A stretch of DNA of 36,672 nt, taken from IMG/VR virus record IMGVR_UViG_3300027323_000055, positions 1 through 36,672 of that record. One strand, given 5' to 3'. The notes beneath the pieces were generated by a model, which was given only the letters and a program-made list of their open reading frames with translations, had not been told where the DNA came from and did not search any database. The first letter of the stretch is position 1, and each line of letters opens with the position of its first letter. Positions 1 through 8,152 of the stretch are shown in pieces. This DNA is from a virus. Its lineage: Duplodnaviria > Caudoviricetes. The translations under genes and the position numbers were made by a program.

Positions 1-2583
1 TTAGATCCGGTTCTTAAGTGCATATAACAATTCGAGTGCTCGACGCGGGGTAAGGTCATCGAGATCCACTTTCGCCAATTCGTCCAGCACCGGATGCGGC
101 AGGCTGGCAAACATGTCGCTTTGCTGCGGGGTCGCCGGTTTGCCTTTGATGGCAGGCTTGGGCGCTTCGTGCGGCAATGCGGTGTCTTCCAGCCGGCTCA
201 GATGCTCACGGGCGCGCGCGATCACTTCGCTCGGTACACCGGCCAGTTGCGCCACGGCCAGGCCGTAGCTTTGGCTGGCAGGTCCCGGCAAGACGTGGTG
301 CAGGAACACGATGCGCTCGTTGTGCTCGGTCGCGTTGAGGTGCACGTTGGCCACCAGCGGCTCGGCTTCCGGCAACACGGTCAGTTCGAAATAGTGTGTG
401 GCAAATAAAGTATAGGCGCGCAGATGTGCCAGGCGCTCGGCAGCGGCCCATGCCAGCGACAGACCGTCGAAGGTGCTGGTACCGCGACCGACCTCGTCCA
501 TCAGCACCAGACTGCGTTCGGTGGCGTTGTGCAGAATGTTGGCGGTTTCGCTCATCTCGACCATGAAGGTCGAGCGGCCGCCGGCCAGGTCGTCGCTGGA
601 GCCGATCCGGGTGAAGATCCGGTCCACCAGCGACAACTCGCAACTGGCCGCCGGGACGAAGCTGCCGATATGCGCCAGCAGCACGATCAATGCGGTTTGG
701 CGCATGTAGGTGGATTTACCGCCCATGTTCGGCCCGGTGATCACCAACATCCGGGTGTTGTCATCCAGGCTCAGGTCGTTGGCCACAAACGGCGTGGTCA
801 GCACCTGCTCAACCACCGGGTGACGCCCCTGGGTGATACGCATGCACGGCTCGCTGACGAAACGCGGGCAGTTCAGGTCAAGGTTCAGCGCACGCTCGGC
901 AAGGTTGCTCAGCACGTCCAGCTCGGCCAGTGCAGCAGCGGTGTCCTGCAACGGCGGCAACTGGCTGATCAGATCTTCCAGCAGCGCCTCGTAGAGCATT
1001 TTCTCGCGGGCCAAGGCACGGCTCTTGGCCGACAGCGCCTTGTCTTCGAATGCTTTCAGCTCCGGCGTGATGAAACGCTCGGCGCCCTTGAGTGTCTGGC
1101 GACGGATGTAGTCTGCCGGAGCCGATTCCGCCTGCTTGCTCGGCAATTCGATGAAGTAGCCGTGAATGCGGTTGTAGCCGACTTTCAGGTTGGCCAGGCC
1201 GGTGCGGGCCTTTTCCCGGGCTTCGAGGTCGATCAGGAATTGGCCGGCGTTCTCGCTCAACGATTGCAGCTCGTCGAGTTCGCTGTCGTAACCGGTTTTC
1301 AATACGCCGCCGTCGCGGATTACCGCGGGCGGGTTGTCGATGATGGCTTTTTCCAGCAGCGCCGCCAGTTCCGGGTAGGTGCTGGTGGTGGCTGCCAGGC
1401 GCTGCAGGTGCGGCGCTTCCAGGTCGGTCATCGCCACTTGCAGTTGCGGCAGGGCACCGAGGGCATCGCGCAGACGAGCGAGGTCACGGGGGCGCGCGTT
1501 GCGCAGGCCGATCCGCGCCAGAATCCGCTCGATGTCGCCGATTTCCTTGAGCTGCGGCTGCAGCTTTTCGAAACGATAGCCATCGAGCAGACAAGTGATC
1601 GAGGTCTGCCGCGCCAGCAGCACGGTCAAATCGCGCAGTGGACGGTTCAGCCAACGAGTCAGCAGGCGGCTGCCCATCGCGGTCTGGCAACGATCGACCA
1701 CCGATTGCAACGTGTTGTCGCGCCCGCCCGCCAGGTTGGTATCGAGTTCCAGGTTGCGGCGGCTCGCGCCGTCGAGCACCACGGTGTCGTCCAGACGCTC
1801 ATGACGCAGGCTGCGCAGATGGGGCAGGGCGGTGCGCTGGGTTTCCTTGGCATACGCCAGCAGGCAACCGGCGGCGCCGATGGCCAGGGTCAGGGCTTCG
1901 CAACCGAAGCCTTTCAGGTCTTGCGTGGAAAACTGCTGGCAGAGACTTTTCAACGCCGAATCGCGCTCGAAATCCCACGGCGCGCGACGACGCACGCCAC
2001 GGCGTTTTTCCGCCGGCAGGTCTTTTGGCCAGTCGTCCGGGATCAGCAGTTCCACCGGGTTGACCCGTTCCAGTTCCGCCAGCAGATTTTCCCAGCCCTT
2101 GATCTCCAGCACGGTGAAGTTGCCGCTGGTGATGTCCAGGACGGCCAGACCGAACAGGCGCTCGTCGCCCAGCACCGCCGCAATCAGGTTGTCGCGACGC
2201 TCATCAAGCAGCGCTTCATCGCTGACCGTACCCGGGGTGATGATCCGCACAACCTGACGTTCCACCGGGCCCTTGCTGGTGGCGGGGTCGCCGACCTGCT
2301 CGCAGATCACCACCGACTCGCCGAGCTTGACCAGTTTCGCCAGGTAACCTTCCGCCGCGTGGTAGGGAATCCCGCACATCGGAATCGCCTGGCCCGCCGA
2401 CTGACCGCGCGCGGTCAGGGTGATGTCGAGCAACTTGGCAGCCTTCTTCGCGTCTTCATAGAAGATCTCGTAGAAGTCGCCCATGCGATAGAACATCAGC
2501 TGATCCGGGTGCTGATTCTTCAGGCGCCAGTATTGCTGCATCATCGGGGTGTGGGAGGACAGGTCGGAGACGGCTTTATTCAT
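1..2583 (-). CDS. mutS: DNA mismatch repair protein MutS
   Basis: N-terminal HTPMMQQY and FYRMGDFYE motifs, Walker [21 protein letters not shown]-terminal beta-clamp-like QSDMF. Start placed at ATG 2583 (MNKAVSDL) rather than the ORF-track start at 2709. Confidence 0.98.
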   Translation of the reverse strand: MNKAVSDLSSHTPMMQQYWRLKNQHPDQLMFYRMGDFYEIFYEDAKKAAKLLDITLTARGQSAGQAIPMCGIPYHAAEGYLAKLVKLGESVVICEQVGDPATSKGPVERQVVRIITPGTVSDEALLDERRDNLIAAVLGDERLFGLAVLDITSGNFTVLEIKGWENLLAELERVNPVELLIPDDWPKDLPAEKRRGVRRRAPWDFERDSALKSLCQQFSTQDLKGFGCEALTLAIGAAGCLLAYAKETQRTALPHLRSLRHERLDDTVVLDGASRRNLELDTNLAGGRDNTLQSVVDRCQTAMGSRLLTRWLNRPLRDLTVLLARQTSITCLLDGYRFEKLQPQLKEIGDIERILARIGLRNARPRDLARLRDALGALPQLQVAMTDLEAPHLQRLAATTSTYPELAALLEKAIIDNPPAVIRDGGVLKTGYDSELDELQSLSENAGQFLIDLEAREKARTGLANLKVGYNRIHGYFIELPSKQAESAPADYIRRQTLKGAERFITPELKAFEDKALSAKSRALAREKMLYEALLEDLISQLPPLQDTAAALAELDVLSNLAERALNLDLNCPRFVSEPCMRITQGRHPVVEQVLTTPFVANDLSLDDNTRMLVITGPNMGGKSTYMRQTALIVLLAHIGSFVPAASCELSLVDRIFTRIGSSDDLAGGRSTFMVEMSETANILHNATERSLVLMDEVGRGTSTFDGLSLAWAAAERLAHLRAYTLFATHYFELTVLPEAEPLVANVHLNATEHNERIVFLHHVLPGPASQSYGLAVAQLAGVPSEVIARAREHLSRLEDTALPHEAPKPAIKGKPATPQQSDMFASLPHPVLDELAKVDLDDLTPRRALELLYALKNRI

Positions 2584-2730
2584 CGGATTGTCAGGTAACT
2601 CGTTAAATGATGTAGGGCAAAAGCGAGGGCAACCGCCGGGCTTTTCCGCGATGGGCGCAAGGTTACCATGGGCGGTCGGCTCGACGCAGGCATGACGGCC
2701 TGCTGGCACTTTCTGCGTTTAATTGTGATA

Positions 2731-2797
2731 TATGCACGATTTATGCAAATCAGCATTTGTCTTCGGAAAAAACTTCAAGCACTATGCGCGTTATGCA
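2731..2797 (+). promoter_or_regulatory. TATGCA repeats upstream of and at the start of prtR (candidate autoregulatory operators)
   Basis: TATGCA at 2731, 2742 and 2792. The same core recurs in the 3614-3681 promoter region. Confidence 0.4.
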
Positions 2798-3527
2798 AAA
2801 ACGCAACGTATCCTCCGTCTTAAGAGCACTGCTCGACCAGCACGGGATCTCCCCCACGGAGCTCCACCGTCGCACCGGCGTGCCTCAATCAACGCTCTCG
2901 CGGATTCTCAGCGGGAAGATCGTCGATCCTTCGGATAAACACATCTCGAAGATCGCCGAATACTTCAATGTGAGCACTGATCAATTGCGTGGCCGCGCCG
3001 ATGTGGCGACCGCGACCGGTGGCGCGCGCGATGACGTGCATGCGGAACTCAAGGACATAAGCCTGTGGGACGACGATACCCCTGTCGATGACGACGAGGT
3101 GTCGGTGCCCTTTCTTCGCGAGGTTGAATTGGCTGCTGGATCAGGAAGATTCGTCATCGAAGAGAGCGAACGCTCTAGCCTGCGCTTCGGCAAGCGCAGC
3201 CTGCGCCATAACGGTGTGCAGTTCGACCAGGCCAAATGCGTGACAGTGCGCGGCAACAGCATGTTGCCGGTGTTGCGTGACGGCGCCACCGTCGGTGTGA
3301 ATGCGGGCAAGTGTGGCATCGGCGACATCATCGATGGCGACCTGTACGCGATCAATCACAACGGTCAGTTGCGCGTGAAGCAGCTTTACCGCCTGCCGAC
3401 CGGCATCCGTCTGCGCAGCTTCAATCGCGATGAGCATCCAGACGAGGACTACAGCTTCCAGGATATGCAGGACGAGCAGATCGTCATCCTCGGTCACGTC
3501 TTCTGGTGGGGCATGTACGCCCGTTAA
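2793..3527 (+). CDS. prtR: PrtR-like XRE/LexA-CI family repressor (HTH + S24 autopeptidase), tailocin regulator
   Basis: N-terminal HTH (ISPTELHRRTGVPQSTLSRILSG), Ala-Gly cleavage site LAAGSG, catalytic Ser in VRGNSMLP and Lys in LRVKQL. Sits between mutS and the holin. Start could be 2784. Confidence 0.9.
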   Translation: MQKRNVSSVLRALLDQHGISPTELHRRTGVPQSTLSRILSGKIVDPSDKHISKIAEYFNVSTDQLRGRADVATATGGARDDVHAELKDISLWDDDTPVDDDEVSVPFLREVELAAGSGRFVIEESERSSLRFGKRSLRHNGVQFDQAKCVTVRGNSMLPVLRDGATVGVNAGKCGIGDIIDGDLYAINHNGQLRVKQLYRLPTGIRLRSFNRDEHPDEDYSFQDMQDEQIVILGHVFWWGMYAR

Positions 3528-3544
3528 CCGCAATCCAGTCAGAT

Positions 3545-3571
3545 AAAACCCGCCATCGGCGGGTTTTTTTT
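3545..3571 (+). terminator. Intrinsic terminator after prtR
   Basis: AAAACCCGCC-ATC-GGCGGGTTTT hairpin followed by a long T run. Confidence 0.9.
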
Positions 3572-3657
3572 CGTCTGCGCAAAAACCTCAAACCCTCGTA
3601 CAACGTGGCTTTCATGCATCTGCGCATTTCTCGCGCATAAATAAATGCATTTATGCA

Positions 3658-3686
3658 TTGACTGTATATGCATCCATGCATATTCT
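3658..3686 (+). promoter_or_regulatory. Sigma70-type promoter of the tailocin operon, overlapped by ATGCAT palindromes
   Basis: TTGACT (3658-3663), exact 17-bp spacer, TATTCT (3681-3686). ATGCAT at 3614, 3645, 3653, 3668 and 3676. Confidence 0.75.
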
Positions 3687-3691
3687 TGCCA

Positions 3692-3990
3692 CCAAGCCGC
3701 TCGACAAAGCGGCTGGCAACAACAGCTCTTTAGTTCCACAAGAACAGGCAGCGATGAACCGGCCTCAACGGTTCAGAGGGTTGGCAACTGACCCGGGTGT
3801 GCAGCGTAAAGCACCAGAAGCAGTTATCCGGCGGGCAGGGACCGCGGTCGGAAAAACAATTTGAACGGACTCGTACCGCGCCAGTAGCGCCGAAAAGTCA
3901 GCTTCCTTCTCGAATACAGGATTTGAAGGAAGGCGAAGGAGCGCATTACTGAAAAGCCCGGCGGATTGCCGGGCTTTTTGGAATGCCTGC
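3692..3990 (+). ncRNA. Long structured 5' leader / candidate cis-acting RNA with boxA-like motif
   Basis: Successive hairpins AGCCGCT/AGCGGCT (3695-3714), TGAACCG/CGGTTCA (3755-3775), GGGT/ACCC (3778-3794), CTTCCTTC/GAAGGAAG (3902-3932) and terminator-like 3952-3979. GCTCTTTAG at 3725-3733. No convincing ORF. Confidence 0.5.
3941..3988 (+). repeat. Direct repeat copy 1: terminator-like hairpin flanking the cargo gene
   Basis: GCGCATTACTGAAAAGCCCGG-loop-CCGGGCTTTTTGGAATGCCT. Arms are identical to 4521-4569; only the loop differs. Confidence 0.9.
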
Positions 3991-4067
3991 CCGACATCGT
4001 TCCCCGCTGATCGGTATGCAGAACCGCGGAATCGCGACTGAAAAAAATTAACCATAGGGAAAATGAA

Positions 4068-4490
4068 ATGAATCGTTACGTACTTATCGAGCCGGTTTAC
4101 CAACTGAACTTCAAAGTCGTCCTCCAGGTGGTGGATGCTGAAGACTTTCCTTCGTTGCCTGGTGGACCTGCTTACTGGATTGACGTGCCACAAGACACGA
4201 TTGTTCAAGCGGGTTGGCTGGCGCAGTTCCAGACATTCCAGTGGGTTTTTGCCGAGCCGACTTATGAGGATTATGTCGTACTTGCCAATGCGCGGATGAG
4301 CGAGCGGTTTGATGCGGCGATTCACTGGCTGACGTTCAATCCGCTGCAATACAAAAAAGATATTGGCGCCGCGACTTCTGATGATGAGACGGCATTGTTG
4401 GCTTACAAGCAATATTTCGTTGCTGTCAGCGAAGTAAAAAAACAGCCTGGCTACCCGTCAGTCATTAATTGGCCAGTCGCGCCGTTCTGA
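4068..4490 (+). CDS. Orphan tail fibre assembly (Tfa-like) chaperone, cargo gene
   Basis: C-terminus LLAYKQYFVAVSEVKKQPGYPSVINWPVAP resembles 28815-29234 (YKLALNKIDKQPGYPQNVVWPVLP) and 32210-32776. Appears AT-richer than its flanks. Confidence 0.75.
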   Translation: MNRYVLIEPVYQLNFKVVLQVVDAEDFPSLPGGPAYWIDVPQDTIVQAGWLAQFQTFQWVFAEPTYEDYVVLANARMSERFDAAIHWLTFNPLQYKKDIGAATSDDETALLAYKQYFVAVSEVKKQPGYPSVINWPVAPF

Positions 4491-4520
4491 TACGAATGCA
4501 ACAACGCAATCGCTTTTAGG

Positions 4521-4569
4521 GCGCATTACTGAAAAGCCCGGTCTCACCACCGGGCTTTTTGGAATGCCT
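4521..4569 (+). repeat. Direct repeat copy 2: terminator-like hairpin
   Basis: GCGCATTACTGAAAAGCCCGG-TCTCACCA-CCGGGCTTTTTGGAATGCCT. Confidence 0.9.
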
Positions 4570-4633
4570 ACCTGAAGAGACATCGCTTGAACCCAACACA
4601 CATCACTCATCAACTGAAACCAGGAGGCGTGAC

Positions 4634-4975
4634 ATGACACACGAGCAACAAGCGTTGGCGGACATGCCGATCTGGCTGGTCATCCTCCTCGCCGTGGTGG
4701 GCGGGGTGTCCGGCGAAATGTGGCGCGCCGACAAGGAAGGCGCTCGTGGCTGGTCATTGCTACGGCGTCTGGCGCTGCGCTCCGGCGCCTGCATGATCTG
4801 CGGCGTCTCGGCGATCATGCTGCTGTATGCCGCCGGATTATCCATCTGGGCCGCTGGTGCCTTCGGTTGCCTGACCGCCATGGCCGGTGCCGACGTGGCC
4901 ATCGGTCTGTACGAACGCTGGGCCGCCAAGCGCATCGGCGTCTGCGAAGTTCCCCCGCCGCGCGATCCCCAGTAA
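4634..4975 (+). CDS. Tailocin holin
   Basis: AGGAGG RBS at 4622, 113 aa with about three hydrophobic segments, first gene of an R-pyocin-like module. Confidence 0.88.
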   Translation: MTHEQQALADMPIWLVILLAVVGGVSGEMWRADKEGARGWSLLRRLALRSGACMICGVSAIMLLYAAGLSIWAAGAFGCLTAMAGADVAIGLYERWAAKRIGVCEVPPPRDPQ

Positions 4976-5047
4976 CTCAACACTTTCCTGCCTCGCTGCA
5001 ACTGATGCGGCGGGGCTGCGCGTGGACAATTGAAAAGGAGGTCATGC

Positions 5048-5569
5048 ATGCCCGCACCGATCCAGCAGCCTTCGCAGCTGTTCACGGCGATGGCGACAAC
5101 CCTGCGCAACAGCGCCGGCCTGAATCTGCAGGTTGGCAATCACGACGACTTCACAGCACCCGGCGCTCAGACCTGGGCATTGATTGACTTCGACCGTAAT
5201 GCGCCCGGAGTGCGTGGCGCCGACGGACGTATCGCCCACGTCATGACCGTATCGCTGCAAGTCATTCCGGCACTTTCTGCGAGTGCATTTGCCGCGTGCG
5301 ATCTGATCGCGGTGCTGAAAAATCTGATCACCGACAACCGTTGGAACCTGCCCGGCGATCAATGCGATTTGCCGATGAACATTGATGGTTTGCCGTCAGT
5401 GCTCACACGCGCCGAGCAGCAATACAAGGCGTGGACCCTGACCTTCACTCAGACTCTCTACCTCGGCCCGACCTTGCTCGACGACCCGCTCGGTACGCCG
5501 AAATTCGCCCGTACCTGGGAAGTCAGCAACATCGACGACCCCGACCAATACACCGCGCTGGAGGCCTGA
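5048..5569 (+). CDS. Tail terminator/completion-type protein (tailocin 1)
   Basis: AAGGAGG RBS. Position between holin and spike matches R-pyocin gene order. C-terminal WTLTFTQTLYLG motif. Confidence 0.6.
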   Translation: MPAPIQQPSQLFTAMATTLRNSAGLNLQVGNHDDFTAPGAQTWALIDFDRNAPGVRGADGRIAHVMTVSLQVIPALSASAFAACDLIAVLKNLITDNRWNLPGDQCDLPMNIDGLPSVLTRAEQQYKAWTLTFTQTLYLGPTLLDDPLGTPKFARTWEVSNIDDPDQYTALEA

Positions 5570-5572
5570 CCG

Positions 5573-6181
5573 ATGTTCGACGCAGTACTGCGCATGCAAC
5601 TGGGGCCGATCATCGAGCGGCTGGCGGAGATGGAAGCGGAGATCGACGATCTGCACCGCCGAGCCGAGAGTTTCTGTCGCATCGGCATCTGTCAGGCAGT
5701 CGATGCGGCAAGCAACACTTGCCATGTCAGCCACGGAGGACTGCTGACACCAGCCATCAAGTTCTTCAACCCGAGCGCCGGAGCGCAGAGCGAATCGCGG
5801 ATTCCCAGCGTGGGCGAGCAGTGTCTGTTGCTCAACTACGGCAGCGGTGAAAGCGGCGCGCAGAGCGTGGCGTTGTTCGGCCTCAACAGTGACCGATTTC
5901 CGCCGACGGCGACGGTACCGACGCTGACGCGCCGCGTTTATGCCGACGGCACTGAAAGCGGTTACGACGACGCCACACACATTCTGCACTGGCAGAACGG
6001 CCCGGCGGCTTTCACCGGTTCTCGCGAATCGCTTGCACTGAGCATCGGCCCGGCGCAACTGACGATGACGCCGCAGCTGATCAGCCTGCAACTGGGCGGC
6101 GTCGGCCTGAGCATCGACGCCTCGGGCGTGCACTTCAGCGGCCCGTTGGTGGATCACCAGGGCCGCGTCATCAGCCCCTGA
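5573..6181 (+). CDS. Baseplate spike, P2 gpV-like
   Basis: RIG..VD OB-fold start, PSVGEQCLLL, YADGT..GYD beta-helix motifs. Confidence 0.88.
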   Translation: MFDAVLRMQLGPIIERLAEMEAEIDDLHRRAESFCRIGICQAVDAASNTCHVSHGGLLTPAIKFFNPSAGAQSESRIPSVGEQCLLLNYGSGESGAQSVALFGLNSDRFPPTATVPTLTRRVYADGTESGYDDATHILHWQNGPAAFTGSRESLALSIGPAQLTMTPQLISLQLGGVGLSIDASGVHFSGPLVDHQGRVISP

Positions 6182-6195
6182 ATCAAGAGCTTCCC

Positions 6196-6528
6196 ATGAT
6201 CGGAATCGATAGAGACTCCGGGGCCACGGTCGACGACTGGCTGCAGTTTGTGCAGCGCGCGACACGAGCCCTGACCACGCCGCTGGGCACCCGGCAAAAA
6301 AGGCCCCTTTATGGCTCGCTGATCCCCACGCTGCTGGGGCAGAACCTCGGTGACGACGTTTTGCTTCTGGCGCAGAGCCACGCGGCTCAGGCGTTTTACA
6401 ACGCGCAGAACGGGATCAGCGATTTTCAGCCGAGCGTGATCGTCGCCAGCCGCCAGGGCGCGGGCCTGCTGCTGCGCTTCGCCGGCACCTGGAAAAACCG
6501 TCAACAGACATTCGAGGTCGTGACATGA
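6196..6528 (+). CDS. Baseplate wedge/sheath initiator, gpW/gp25-like
   Basis: MIGIDRDSG, LTTPLGTR..RPLYGSLIP motifs, gene order V-W-J. Confidence 0.85.
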   Translation: MIGIDRDSGATVDDWLQFVQRATRALTTPLGTRQKRPLYGSLIPTLLGQNLGDDVLLLAQSHAAQAFYNAQNGISDFQPSVIVASRQGAGLLLRFAGTWKNRQQTFEVVT

Positions 6529-7520
6529 GCATGTTGATCCCCGGCCAGAATCAATTGGCCGAACCGGCGCTGATCACTGTCGACGCTTTCGAAGACTTGC
6601 TCGCCGAGTTCAAGACCTTCGTCGTTGAATACGTCGGCGCTCGAGCGCCGGACAGCGCAGCGAAACTCAAGACCAGCCTCGATAACGAAAGCGAATTGCT
6701 GACCCTGGCGCTTGAAGCTTTCTGCGTGCGTCTGCAAACTCACGAACGCAAATACAACGCCCGCATCAAGCAGATGCTGGCGTGGTGGGCCACTGGCAGC
6801 AACCTCGATGCACGGCTGGCGGACATGGGCCTTGAAAGGCAGTTGCTCGACGCGGGCGACCCGGCAGCCTTCCCGCCAATACCACCGATTTATGAAAGCG
6901 ACGACGACGCCCGGTTGCGTTATTACCTGGCGCCACATGCCCCGGCTGCGGGCTCGCGGATGCAGTATCGCCGCGAGGTATTCACCCTCGGTGAACGGCC
7001 AACGGTGAAGGTCGAATCGACGGATGGAGGTGTGGTGAATGTCACCTACACCTTCAACCCGGACGGCCTCGCCGCACAGGTCAAGGACGGCAACGGTCGC
7101 CGCACCGCACCGGGCGAAGTGCAGGTCACGGTGCTCGCTCGGGAGGGAGATGGGACACCGTCGCAAGCCCTGCTTGATGGCGTGCGTCAGCACTTCGCCC
7201 GCCCTGATGTGCGACCGGAAACCGACCTGGTCACGGTCAAGGCAGCTGACATTCACCGCTACAAGATTCGCGTGGTGGCGAAGATCAATTCCGGCCCCGA
7301 CTCGGGCCTGACCAAAGTCGCCGCACAACAGCAATTGCAAGCCTACGCCGACAGTTGCCATCGCCTCGAAGGGCGGGTCGATCCGAGCTGGATCGACTAC
7401 ACACTGCACAGCGCCGGCGCCGTGCAACTGCAGATTCTTGAGCCGCTGGCGCCGATCATCACCAGCGCCTTCGAGGCGCCGTACTGCACGGCGGTCGAGG
7501 TCGAGGTGCTGACGCTATGA
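6525..7520 (+). CDS. Baseplate assembly protein, gpJ-like
   Basis: ATGSNLD, ESDDDARLR, PGEVQVTVL, VRPETD motifs. Confidence 0.9.
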   Translation: MSMLIPGQNQLAEPALITVDAFEDLLAEFKTFVVEYVGARAPDSAAKLKTSLDNESELLTLALEAFCVRLQTHERKYNARIKQMLAWWATGSNLDARLADMGLERQLLDAGDPAAFPPIPPIYESDDDARLRYYLAPHAPAAGSRMQYRREVFTLGERPTVKVESTDGGVVNVTYTFNPDGLAAQVKDGNGRRTAPGEVQVTVLAREGDGTPSQALLDGVRQHFARPDVRPETDLVTVKAADIHRYKIRVVAKINSGPDSGLTKVAAQQQLQAYADSCHRLEGRVDPSWIDYTLHSAGAVQLQILEPLAPIITSAFEAPYCTAVEVEVLTL

Positions 7521-8152
7521 GTGAGCCAACGCATCGCCCGACGTTGCTGCCGGCCAACAGCTCGGCACTCGAACGTGGACTGGATCTGGGCTTCGGCGCA
7601 CTGCTTGATCGCATCGCGCCGCCGTTCCCCGAACTGATGAATCCGAACGAAACACCGGTCGCATTCCTGCCGTATCTGGCAGCGGATCGCGGTGTCGCCG
7701 AATGGAGCACCAGCGCACCGGAAACTGAGAAGCGCCTGACCGTCGAACTGGCCTGGCCCACCGCACGCCAGGCCGGCACCCGCAAGGCGCTGGAGAACGC
7801 GGCCAAGGGTTTGCAACTGCGCCCCGAAGTCCGCGCCTGGTACGAACAGACGCCGCCCGGCGTGCCTTACAGCTTCAGCGTACGCGCCTTCAGCGAGCAG
7901 CCTTACAGCGCAGAAATCGACACCCGTCTCGACCGGCGTCTGGCCGATGCCAAGAGCGAACGGGACATTCTTTCGGTGACAGTTGGCTTGAGCGCGTTCG
8001 GCAGTCATTCCATTGCCGCTGCGACCTTTTGCGGTGAGCTGACCACGGTTTATCCGGTGTTCATCGAAGGGCTCGAAACCTCGGGAGAGGCGTTCCTGGC
8101 TGCCGGCATGTACACCGTCGAAACATCCACTATTTATCCTCAGGGGGCCTGA
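7517..8152 (+). CDS. Tail protein, P2 gpI-like
   Basis: LLPANSSALER, FLPYLAADRGVAEW, GTRKALE motifs. Confidence 0.9.
   Translation: MSEPTHRPTLLPANSSALERGLDLGFGALLDRIAPPFPELMNPNETPVAFLPYLAADRGVAEWSTSAPETEKRLTVELAWPTARQAGTRKALENAAKGLQLRPEVRAWYEQTPPGVPYSFSVRAFSEQPYSAEIDTRLDRRLADAKSERDILSVTVGLSAFGSHSIAAATFCGELTTVYPVFIEGLETSGEAFLAAGMYTVETSTIYPQGA

Noticed and set aside
424-2598. 724-aa plus-strand ORF antisense to mutS
   Set aside because: Shadow ORF from high-GC codon bias on the opposite strand; no recognisable motifs.
2584-2709. N-terminal extension of MutS in the ORF track
   Set aside because: MutS homology begins near [15 protein letters not shown]; the upstream region is the divergent promoter interval.
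3765-4412. 215-aa minus-strand ORF and 68-aa ORF 3658-3864 in the leader
   Set aside because: Overlap the promoter, hairpins and the plus-strand cargo gene; no RBS or motif support.
4068-4490. S-type bacteriocin or immunity cargo
   Set aside because: C-terminus matches the fibre-chaperone motif seen elsewhere in the window; no nuclease or lectin motifs.
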